Source: Bacillota bacterium (GTDB lineage: Bacteria > Bacillota > Limnochordia > Darwinibacteriales > Darwinibacteriaceae). Taken from it: a stretch of 45,421 nucleotides of DNA. Below are positions 14,002-21,836 of the stretch, piece by piece (the first letter of the stretch is position 1; every line of letters starts with the position of its first letter). Where the stretch lies: assembly GCA_012520355.1 (NCBI GenBank), contig JAAYOK010000132.1:1-45421 (forward strand), in the 5' to 3' direction. The notes under the pieces were generated by a model. That model saw only the letters and a program-made list of their open reading frames with translations, was not told the DNA's origin and did no database searches. The position numbers and the translations under genes were made by a program.

Positions 14002-15186
14002 CTATTCATCTGCACTATATGCAATACGACCCGCAATGATGGTTTTCTGAACTGTAAAGTCTTCTGTAAGAATGGCGAAATCTGCTCGATTACCCTCTTG
14101 AATCCAGCCCATATCTTCCAGACCAAGGGACTGAGCTGGGTTAAAACTAGCCATCCGGAAGGCATCTGGAATGGAGACCCCCACCGTATCAATCATGTTT
14201 TTAATGGCCCGGAGCATGGTTAAGGTACTCCCTGCTAGATTGCCTTCAGCCAGGCGGGCGGCACCTGCTTGGACAAAGATCTTCTGATCACCGAGCATAT
14301 ATTCCCCATCTGGCAGACCTGTGGCCTGCACGGCATCGGTAATCAGGATCGTTCTCTCCACACCGACGCTCCGCAGCAAGACCTTGATGGCGCCTGGATG
14401 AACATGGACGAGATCGGCAATCAGTTCGGCCCAAATCCCTGGTGTAGCCAAGATGGCACCTAGAACCCCTGGCTCCCTATGATGGAGTCCCCGCATCCCA
14501 TTATACGTGTGCGTGGCATGGGTAATCCCAGCTTCAAAGCCTGCTAGAGCCTCTTCATAGCTGGCATCACTATGACCAATGGAAACGGTAACCCCCCGCT
14601 CTTTGAGCCAAGCTATGGCCTCGAGGCTTCCGGGGATCTCTGGTGCTAGGGTAACTAAGCGCAGCTTCGACCCGAGAATCGTGTAAAGCTCTGCAAGTTC
14701 CTTAAGATCAGCCCGGCGGATGGCAGGACCGTATTGGGCTCCTTTGTATTGTTGGTTAATATAAGGACCTTCGAGGTGAATTCCCAGAACTTCCGCTTCA
14801 TCTTCGGCCCCTTGATAGCCAGCCACAAGCTCAGCAACGGCCCTAGTTTTATCCTTCAACGCCGTCACAGTACTGGGGAGAAACGCAACTGTACCCGATT
14901 TTGCTAAGTAGCGGGCTATGGTGCGGATTGCTTCTTCCGTACCGTCCATAAGCTCCAAACCTGCAGAGCCATGCATATGCACATCAATGAATCCGGGAGC
15001 AATATAACCCCCCTGGGCATCAATGATCTCGAATACGCCAGGTATGGCCGCTTCCTTGATTTTCTCCCCTTCTTCTTCGTTTCCTACATACATAATACGA
15101 TCACCAATGGTTACAACTGTACCTCTTGTAATAAGTTCATTCGTAATCACGGCGCCATTTGTGATAATCAAATGTTTCTTTCTCAT
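14002..15186 (-). CDS. nagA: N-acetylglucosamine-6-phosphate deacetylase
   Basis: The GFIDVHMHG metal motif and overall amidohydrolase pattern. ATG 15186 (MRKKHLIITNG) with GGAGGTG 9 nt upstream. Confidence 0.95.
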   Translation of the reverse strand: MRKKHLIITNGAVITNELITRGTVVTIGDRIMYVGNEEEGEKIKEAAIPGVFEIIDAQGGYIAPGFIDVHMHGSAGLELMDGTEEAIRTIARYLAKSGTVAFLPSTVTALKDKTRAVAELVAGYQGAEDEAEVLGIHLEGPYINQQYKGAQYGPAIRRADLKELAELYTILGSKLRLVTLAPEIPGSLEAIAWLKERGVTVSIGHSDASYEEALAGFEAGITHATHTYNGMRGLHHREPGVLGAILATPGIWAELIADLVHVHPGAIKVLLRSVGVERTILITDAVQATGLPDGEYMLGDQKIFVQAGAARLAEGNLAGSTLTMLRAIKNMIDTVGVSIPDAFRMASFNPAQSLGLEDMGWIQEGNRADFAILTEDFTVQKTIIAGRIAYSADE

Positions 15187-15291
15187 TTTCGAACACACCT
15201 CCATAGTGCTGCAATTCTGGTATTTTGCTGTTTGTTCCTGCCTCGGGGGAATCGCTCCATAAAGTTAACTCGGAATAAATATTAATCTTAC

Positions 15292-15321
15292 TTGCATATT
15301 CTTGCAGACCCATTGTATAAT
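15292..15321 (+). promoter_or_regulatory. candidate sigma-A promoter for the amino-acid ABC genes
   Basis: TTGCAT (15292..15297), 18-nt spacer, TATAAT (15316..15321), about 35 nt before the start codon. Confidence 0.45.
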
Positions 15322-15356
15322 AACAACAATAACTTTTGGGAAGGATGTCATATGCA

Positions 15357-16112
15357 ATGAAAAAAACGTTCTTGCTGGTACTTGTCATTACGCTCTCGCT
15401 TGGCTTTTCCACCCTGGTGTCTGCTCAAGGTACACTCAAAGTTGCAACGGAAGCAGGCTTTATGCCTTTTGAGTATGTAGGGGCAGAAAATGGTGAACTC
15501 TTAGGCTTCGATATGGACCTGATTAGGGCCATTGGTCAAACCCTCGGTCTTGAGGTGCAAATCGACAACATTAGTTGGGATGGCCTAATTCCAGCCCTCC
15601 TAAATAACAACTATGATGCTGTAATCGCTGGTGTAACCATCACCCCAGAACGCCAAGCCAATGTAAACTTCTCCAATCCCTATTTCGAGTCCGTTCTGAC
15701 GATTGTAACCAAAGAGAACGTCACGAATATTGCAAGCCTGGCTGATTTGACTGGGAAAATCGCTGCAGTACAAATCAGTACCACTGGGGACTTTACCGCA
15801 AGTGACTTACAGGATGAAGGTGGCTTGAAGGGCCTCTCTCGTTTTGACACCGTATCCGATGCGATGCAAGCTGTAATCATCGGGGCCGCAGATGTGGTGG
15901 TTGTGGATCTGCCAGTGGCTGAGGCCTATCTAGCAGCGAATCCCGCCGCTCCCCTCAAGTCAGTGGGCCCTGTATCGGCCAATGAGTATTATGGAATTGC
16001 CGTCAACAAAAACAACACGGGTCTATTGGAGCAAATTAACGCAGCTTTGGCAGAACTCGAAGAAAATGGAACCTATCAGGAAATTTTCGAGAAATGGTTT
16101 GGGGCCAACTAG
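15357..16112 (+). CDS. amino-acid ABC transporter substrate-binding protein (family 3)
   Basis: Signal peptide MKKTFLLVLVITLSLGFSTLVSAQG, followed by the GTLKVATEAGFMPFEY...GFDMDLIRAIG pattern of polar amino-acid binding proteins. ATG 15357 preferred over the track TTG 15336. Confidence 0.9.
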   Translation: MKKTFLLVLVITLSLGFSTLVSAQGTLKVATEAGFMPFEYVGAENGELLGFDMDLIRAIGQTLGLEVQIDNISWDGLIPALLNNNYDAVIAGVTITPERQANVNFSNPYFESVLTIVTKENVTNIASLADLTGKIAAVQISTTGDFTASDLQDEGGLKGLSRFDTVSDAMQAVIIGAADVVVVDLPVAEAYLAANPAAPLKSVGPVSANEYYGIAVNKNNTGLLEQINAALAELEENGTYQEIFEKWFGAN

Positions 16113-16150
16113 TCGAAGGCGACTAGTACGGGTCGAAAGGAGATCTTAAC

Positions 16151-16807
16151 TTGGACTTTCGCTGGGATCTTGTCTGGAGCTCACTACCAACACTACTGAC
16201 AGGGGCTAGACTTACAATACAACTCACCGCCGTTTCGGTCTTCTTTGGCATCATCATCGGGACCGTAGCCGGCATTGCTAGAATCAGCAAGGGGCCTATT
16301 AAGGCCTTCTCTGCCGCCTATATTGATGTCATTCGGGGAACGCCCCTCTTGGTACAAACCTTCTTGATTTTCTATGGTTTGCCCAGTCTGATCCAGCGGC
16401 CCATCCCAGCCTATTTGGCAGCCATCATAGCCCTGAGTATCAATAGCGGGGCCTATGTGGGGGAAATTGTACGCTCCGGCATCCAATCGATTGATCGTGG
16501 TCAATGGGAGGCCGCAGCCTCCCTGGGACATTCCCGGAGACAAACCATGGGCTACATCATTTTGCCCCAGGCCTTTCGCAGAATACTGCCTCCTTTGGGG
16601 AACGAGTTCATCGCCTTGTTAAAAGACTCCTCCTTAGTATCGGTGATTGCCCTGGAAGAACTGGTTCGTAAAGGGCAAATCATTATTGGTCGCACCTTCC
16701 GCCCCTTTGAAGTATGGGCGGCGGTGGCCCTCATTTACTTTGTCATGACCTTTACCGTTTCTCGTTTGGTGAACGTACTAGAACGAAAAGTCGCACCAGA
16801 GTCTTAG
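16151..16807 (+). CDS. amino-acid ABC transporter permease (HisM/GlnP type)
   Basis: The YIDVIRGTPLLVQTFLIFYGLP and EAAASLGHSRRQT (EAA loop) motifs. TTG start at 16151 with AAAGGAG 8 nt upstream. Confidence 0.9.
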   Translation: MDFRWDLVWSSLPTLLTGARLTIQLTAVSVFFGIIIGTVAGIARISKGPIKAFSAAYIDVIRGTPLLVQTFLIFYGLPSLIQRPIPAYLAAIIALSINSGAYVGEIVRSGIQSIDRGQWEAAASLGHSRRQTMGYIILPQAFRRILPPLGNEFIALLKDSSLVSVIALEELVRKGQIIIGRTFRPFEVWAAVALIYFVMTFTVSRLVNVLERKVAPES

Positions 16808-17574
16808 AATTGCTTCTTACCATGGCGATACAAACGCCAGTCGGATCCTCGCAAGATAACATGTAGGTTATTACCGATAATCCGGGAGGCCACCCGCATA
16901 CCAACTCTCACCTCGAAATCGTCCAGTTCAAAGTTGGTTGTAAAAATCGTCGGTTTGGAGTGGGTGAGACGCCCGTCAACAATGAGTAAGAGGCGTTCTG
17001 TCATGAAGGCTGTCTCTTTAGCACTACCAACATCATCTAATATTAAAAGATCAGCGGACAGTAACTCGGCAACATTGTCGTTACCTGTCCGCATTTTTTC
17101 TAGTAAAATGGGTAGACAGGCAAAGGCTACAGTATACTTGTCTTTGAGTTCATTGGCAATCGCCGAGGCCAAATGGGTTTTACCGGTTCCGGAAGGACCC
17201 ATGAGCAAAATCCCCTGTCCCTCTTGTCCCTCTTTCAGCTTATGAAAGTGCTTCGCAAAGCCCTGGCAGGTCTGGTAGGCCTCACGATTGGCAGCCGTTA
17301 CTTCGAAGTTGGCAAAGGTGTATTGACGCAACGTCAAAGGCAGAGGATCATGGGGACCCTTGGTACTGGCCTGGGTGACCAAGCTCTGTTGCTTAAGCCG
17401 CTTTTTTGCACGCTCCTCTCGAACACAGAGGCAATCGGAAAGAAGCCAATGCCCCTTTGGTAAAGGTTTCGGCAGTGGAAAAGGGTGGCGGTAATACGTC
17501 TTGACCCGCAGTTCCCCGCAATTCGGACAGATGGTGCCGGCGAAAAAGGAACGCCGCAAACCGTATTTACTCAT
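16804..17574 (-). CDS. DnaI/DnaC-like AAA+ helicase loader with N-terminal Cys-rich (zinc-ribbon-like) segment
   Basis: Walker A LLMGPSGTGKTHL, Walker B LLILDDVG, and an N-terminal CPNCGELRV...SDCLC segment. I place the start at ATG 17574 (MSKYGLRR), which overlaps the upstream stop by 8 nt. The 95 further upstream codons in the track ORF overlap the DnaD-like gene and look non-coding. Confidence 0.8.
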   Translation of the reverse strand: MSKYGLRRSFFAGTICPNCGELRVKTYYRHPFPLPKPLPKGHWLLSDCLCVREERAKKRLKQQSLVTQASTKGPHDPLPLTLRQYTFANFEVTAANREAYQTCQGFAKHFHKLKEGQEGQGILLMGPSGTGKTHLASAIANELKDKYTVAFACLPILLEKMRTGNDNVAELLSADLLILDDVGSAKETAFMTERLLLIVDGRLTHSKPTIFTTNFELDDFEVRVGMRVASRIIGNNLHVILRGSDWRLYRHGKKQF

Positions 17575-17974
17575 CCAACCAGGCGAACATACTCCTGTCT
17601 TGCTTTGAGTCCCGGTAGGTAAAATCCTCTCTCTTGACTTTCCTCTTAGTTTCGACACGACCATCCCTCCCTGCACTTGTTTGATCTTGATGAATATCGG
17701 ACCAGTAGGTATAGAAATGCTCGTCCGATGTAATCCCATGATTGAGCCAATCCTCAATGATCCTGTAGATATAATTAAAGGAAATCCTCTTATTCTTACC
17801 TTGCAGACGACTACGTCGCTGTTCCTGCACGGCTCTGAGGATCGCACACCCAATGACAAAAGGCGTCATTCCCTCATCATGGGCTGCACAAAGTTTTTCC
17901 TTTTGGGCGCTGGATAACAGAGCCACTTTGTTTTGATATAAGGCAAAGACGTCCTCCATTTTAGGATCGACCAT
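17567..17974 (-). CDS. small DnaD-domain (DnaB_2) replication protein
   Basis: LSSAQKEKLCAAHDEGMTPFVIGCAILRAV...KRISFNYIYRIIEDWLNHGITS matches the DnaD/DnaB C-terminal domain pattern. ATG 17974 with GGAGGTGG 7 nt upstream. Confidence 0.7.
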   Translation of the reverse strand: MVDPKMEDVFALYQNKVALLSSAQKEKLCAAHDEGMTPFVIGCAILRAVQEQRRSRLQGKNKRISFNYIYRIIEDWLNHGITSDEHFYTYWSDIHQDQTSAGRDGRVETKRKVKREDFTYRDSKQDRSMFAWLDE

Positions 17975-18794
17975 GCCACCACCTCCAAAGAAAAGCAAAT
18001 CCTAGACAAAAAAGAATGAAAACCACGGCAAAAAGCCACCAGGTCAAGGGGAGCCTACTGCTTCTTACTGGGTAAAGAACTCCCGAACTTAGTTGAAACT
18101 TCTGGCTCTGCTTGCCCCAGCGAGGCGCGAGGAGATCAAAAATAGGTGTTCCAGTTCCCCCGATCTGCCAAGGACCATCACCTACGTCCCGCCAAAACCC
18201 CTGGGCTAAACCGTCAAAGGCTCCGACAAGGACATAATAACCCCAGGCAGTGTTAGGCTGGGGTAGAAGGGCGGAATCAACTTGCACACGCAGCGTATTA
18301 CTTTCTGGCAGACGGAAACTTTGGATTCCCTCGGAGAAAACATGGATCTGACCATTCTCCCTCGCAACATAGAGTCGATTCTCAGCAAAGGGGGCAACAC
18401 TCAAACGCAGATTCCAGCCTGTATCAGGTGCAGTCTGGAGCCTATACGTTCCTACTGCAAGCTCCGTAGGGCCCAAGAATTCCCCCGTTTGGATATAGAC
18501 TTCGAGACGCTGGTGAAAGTACCCTTCCGGAGCTCGGAAGGGATTCGTTAAGGTTGCAAAATGAAAGTCAAAGTAGAGAGACTCAGGATCTTGGCTCAGC
18601 TGAAAACCCCAAAGATCAAAGAGTCCGGGAACATAGACCTCATGCTCCGGATAAAGAAGGTCGCCGGCCCCTGTATCATCCCCCCGGGCATCGGCCAGCT
18701 GAAACAGGACCTCTTCTTGGGCAAACGCCTGGTGACAAAGGAATAGAAGAACCACAAGGGATAAACAAATGGGAAGCCCTACTGCTCTTTGCAT
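17961..18794 (-). CDS. secreted, C-terminally membrane-anchored protein with glucodextranase-C-like domain
   Basis: Signal peptide MQRAVGLPICLSLVVLLFLCHQAFA. The motif DARGDDTGAGDLLYPEHEVYVPGLFDLWGFQL resembles the Glucodextran_C family opening. C-terminal TM helix LTWWLFAVVFILFCLGFAFLW. Confidence 0.6.
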   Translation of the reverse strand: MQRAVGLPICLSLVVLLFLCHQAFAQEEVLFQLADARGDDTGAGDLLYPEHEVYVPGLFDLWGFQLSQDPESLYFDFHFATLTNPFRAPEGYFHQRLEVYIQTGEFLGPTELAVGTYRLQTAPDTGWNLRLSVAPFAENRLYVARENGQIHVFSEGIQSFRLPESNTLRVQVDSALLPQPNTAWGYYVLVGAFDGLAQGFWRDVGDGPWQIGGTGTPIFDLLAPRWGKQSQKFQLSSGVLYPVRSSRLPLTWWLFAVVFILFCLGFAFLWRWWHGRS

Positions 18795-18835
18795 ACCAAT
18801 CCCCCCTAGAAAAGAGTATGCGAGACGTAGAGTTT

Positions 18836-19948
18836 TTATAGATACACCCGTTCAATCCGGCTACTCAGCATGCAGGTGATTTCATAGTTGATGGTTCCCA
18901 AGAGGTTAGCCCAATGATGGGCCTGAATCTCCAAGTTGCCGTCTGTTCCGAGTAAAATAACCTCATCACCAATAACACAAGGCAAATCTCCCACATCTAC
19001 CATGGTATGATCCATGGTCACATTACCCACGATGGGGCAGAACGTTCCCCGAATGATGACATGACCGCGATTGCTTAAGCCCCGAGATAATCCATCGGCA
19101 TAGCCAATGGGTAAAACAGCCAAAGACGTCTCCTTCGCTGTGACATAGGTACTATTATAACTCACAGAGCTACCAGCAGGTACCCTTTTTACAAAGGCCA
19201 CCTTTGTTTTTAGGTTGAGGGCCGGTCTAAGCTCAAAAGGTCTACGAGCATCTGGGTACATGCCATAAATCCCAAGACCTACCCGGACCAAGTCTAAATG
19301 GGAAGCGGGAAAAAACATGGTGGCCGGTGTATTGGCCGCGTGCACATAGGGAATGGCGATCCCTCGAGCCCTAAGCTCCTCCCGTACAGCTTGAAAACGC
19401 TCCCATTGCCAATAGGTGTAACTCAAATCCATCTGCTCAGCCTGGGCAAAGTGGGTAAAGACACCTTGAATCTCAAGGCCAGGGAGACTCTTGACAAGCT
19501 CCACCAAATTCACAAAGTCCTGGGGCAAAAGACCGAGGCGTCCCATGCCTGTATCGACCTTAATATGCACCCGGGCCAGTTTTTGCTGGGTAACAGCGGC
19601 CGCAGATAGGAGCCTTGCAATATGTGGTTCAAAGACGGTGACTGCCAGGTCTGCCGCGACACAGACGTCTAACTCGTCGGCTCCTACGGCACCTAAGACC
19701 AAAATCGGTGCAGTAATCCCGCCGCGGCGCAGTCTCACCCCTTCTTCAGGTAGGGCCACGGCTAACCAATTGGTTCCATGGGCAATCATCGTATACGCGG
19801 TTTCCAAGGCCCCATGGCCGTAGCCATTGGCCTTGACCACTGCCATAAGCTCACAATTGGGCCCAATCCAGGACCGAAACTGTCTGACATTATGGGCAAT
19901 GTTATCTAAACTCACTTCTGCCCAGACGGATCGATTTAATTTGCTCAC
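18836..19948 (-). CDS. alr: alanine racemase
   Basis: VVKANGYGHG PLP-lysine motif, 370 aa. GTG start at 19948 overlaps the nnr stop (GTGA). AGGAG 8 nt upstream. Confidence 0.95.
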   Translation of the reverse strand: MSKLNRSVWAEVSLDNIAHNVRQFRSWIGPNCELMAVVKANGYGHGALETAYTMIAHGTNWLAVALPEEGVRLRRGGITAPILVLGAVGADELDVCVAADLAVTVFEPHIARLLSAAAVTQQKLARVHIKVDTGMGRLGLLPQDFVNLVELVKSLPGLEIQGVFTHFAQAEQMDLSYTYWQWERFQAVREELRARGIAIPYVHAANTPATMFFPASHLDLVRVGLGIYGMYPDARRPFELRPALNLKTKVAFVKRVPAGSSVSYNSTYVTAKETSLAVLPIGYADGLSRGLSNRGHVIIRGTFCPIVGNVTMDHTMVDVGDLPCVIGDEVILLGTDGNLEIQAHHWANLLGTINYEITCMLSSRIERVYL

Positions 19949-21459
19949 TGTAAGATCTCCTGTATGCCTTGAAGAATATCACCGGCCCTCAGGCCCCGTT
20001 GGCCGTTTTGCCCTTTCAGATCCCCAGCCTTGCCATGGATATACACAGCTAAGGCCGCAGCTTGCAGGGAATCTAATCCCTGACTAAGAAGGGCGGCAAC
20101 AAGCCCAGTTAACACATCACCACTACCAGCGGTGGCCATCCCGACATTCCCCGAGGAGTTAATAAAGGTGGTTTTGGCTTCAGACACTATGGTGGGGGCA
20201 CCTTTTAAGGCCACAACAACCTGCCATTTTTCTGCGAAATCCTGGGCCACATGCAACCGCTTGGCATCTACCTGACGAGCTTCACTACCTACCAAGCTCG
20301 CCATCTCCCCTGGATGGGGCGTCAAAATCCAGCGACTGCGCCTCTCCGCCGGTACACTCTGCAAGAAATCTGCATCTAAAGCCCCTAGGGCATCCGCATC
20401 AATCACTGCGGGTCCATTCCACTTACGGAGACACTCCTGGACCACTTGCATGACTTCTGGACTTCTGGTCAAACCAGGACCGATGGCTAGAACATCTTTG
20501 CCCTCCATCAGTGCCAACAGTTCCTGTAAACTTGGGACACCAATGGTGCCTGCAGGTGTTTGTGATACCGGGGTCAGGATGACTTCATCTGGAGCAAAAC
20601 GGGCATAGATTCCTTGGGGTATGGCTAAGGTGACCATTCCGCCACCTCCACGGAGCACGGCCTGGGCACTTAAGGAAGCTGCCCCTGCATAGACTTGAGA
20701 TCCAGCGATCACAAGGGTATGACCGAAGCTACCTTTGTGACTCCAAGGCTCCCGGGGTGGAAGCCAGCTTAAGGCCTCATCACTCAAAACATAGCGAGAG
20801 CCCTGGTGTTTTAAGGGGAAGCCTAAATCTACCACCAGGTTCTCTCCTGCGTAAGCCCGCCCTGGATAGAGGATACAGCCCACTTTGAGAAATCCTAGAT
20901 TGATGGTTAAGTCTGCTCGCAGGGCTGCGCCTTGGACTTCCCCGGTGCTGGCATTGACACCGGTAGGACAATCAATGGCCACTAAAGGACACTTCGTCTC
21001 ATTTACCAGGGATAGAACCGATTCTAACTTTCCCTCAATCTGACCAGAAAAGCCTGTCCCAAAAATGGCGTCGATGATAAGATCAGCCAGCCCCAAACTG
21101 AACCTTAGCTTGCCAAGTTTCCCAGCTTCAATCACTTGAATGTCGCCGCCCAAATTACGCAGGATTTGCAGATTGGTTCGATTTTCCGAGCTGAGTTTTT
21201 CCTGATTACCCACTAAATAAACCTTGATCCGCGCACCTAAGGTAAGTAACATCCGGGCCACCACAAGACCGTCTCCACCATTGTTGCCTGTTCCCGCTAG
21301 AATGTGCACGCGCTTTCCAGCTAAAGGTCCATATTTGTCCTTTAAGACCTCCACAATCCGGCTGCCTGCGTTTTCCATGACCACCAAAGGAGAAATTCCT
21401 ACTTCGGCAAAGGCCTCTTTTTCGCTGGCCTGCATCTCTGCACCTGTTACAACCTGCAT
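19945..21459 (-). CDS. nnr: bifunctional NAD(P)H-hydrate epimerase / ADP-dependent dehydratase
   Basis: YjeF_N (GTGNNGGDG) plus carbohydrate-kinase-like C-terminal half (GSGDVLTG). ATG 21459 with GGGGAGGA SD. Confidence 0.94.
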   Translation of the reverse strand: MQVVTGAEMQASEKEAFAEVGISPLVVMENAGSRIVEVLKDKYGPLAGKRVHILAGTGNNGGDGLVVARMLLTLGARIKVYLVGNQEKLSSENRTNLQILRNLGGDIQVIEAGKLGKLRFSLGLADLIIDAIFGTGFSGQIEGKLESVLSLVNETKCPLVAIDCPTGVNASTGEVQGAALRADLTINLGFLKVGCILYPGRAYAGENLVVDLGFPLKHQGSRYVLSDEALSWLPPREPWSHKGSFGHTLVIAGSQVYAGAASLSAQAVLRGGGGMVTLAIPQGIYARFAPDEVILTPVSQTPAGTIGVPSLQELLALMEGKDVLAIGPGLTRSPEVMQVVQECLRKWNGPAVIDADALGALDADFLQSVPAERRSRWILTPHPGEMASLVGSEARQVDAKRLHVAQDFAEKWQVVVALKGAPTIVSEAKTTFINSSGNVGMATAGSGDVLTGLVAALLSQGLDSLQAAALAVYIHGKAGDLKGQNGQRGLRAGDILQGIQEILQ

Positions 21460-21461
21460 AC

Positions 21462-21836
21462 CTATTCCTCCCCTAGAGCAATAACATAGGCTAGAGCCAA
21501 CTCCTTGGTGTGTGACAGACTCAGCACAAAATCGGTAATTCCCATGCTACGAGTCAAACCCAAGGCGGGCTCTAACAAGCGAATCTGCGGCTGTCCATTG
21601 GGATTCGAGTAAATGTCAATGGAGCCAAAGGGAATGCCTTGCTGCCATCCGAGACCGATCGCTTTCATCACGGCCTCTTTGGCTGCAAAGCGGGCGGCCC
21701 AAGACTCGGGTCCCTTTTTCTTCAGGCTCTCCCGTTCCTGAACTGTATAGATGTTCTGACGGAAACGCTCACGCCGCAAGGCCTTGGCAATCCGGCTAAT
21801 TTCCACTAAGTCTACACCGCAACCCTTAACTAACAC
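21462..21836 (-). CDS. acpS: holo-[acyl-carrier-protein] synthase
   Basis: 124 aa, GCGVDLVEISRI...FAAKEAVMKA. GTG start overlaps the glmM end by 11 nt. Confidence 0.92.
   Translation of the reverse strand: MLVKGCGVDLVEISRIAKALRRERFRQNIYTVQERESLKKKGPESWAARFAAKEAVMKAIGLGWQQGIPFGSIDIYSNPNGQPQIRLLEPALGLTRSMGITDFVLSLSHTKELALAYVIALGEE

Noticed and set aside
15313-15326. TTGTATAATAACAA quasi-palindrome as a GntR/NagR-type operator.
   Set aside because: The arms are only 4 bp, the centre is simply the -10 TATAAT, and it does not fit the GT-N-TA-N-AC HutC-type core.
17575-17859. The 95-codon 5' extension of the DnaI-like ORF in the track (351-aa version).
   Set aside because: It overlaps the DnaD-domain gene in another frame, and its translation is not protein-like. 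ATG 17574 gives a classic 8-nt stop/start overlap and a sensible N-terminus.
16804-17974. DnaD/DnaC-like pair as evidence of a prophage or mobile element.
   Set aside because: There is no integrase, terminase, structural, repressor or transposase gene, and no flanking repeats anywhere in the window. The neighbours are core genes. It is kept only as an alternative within the trio finding.
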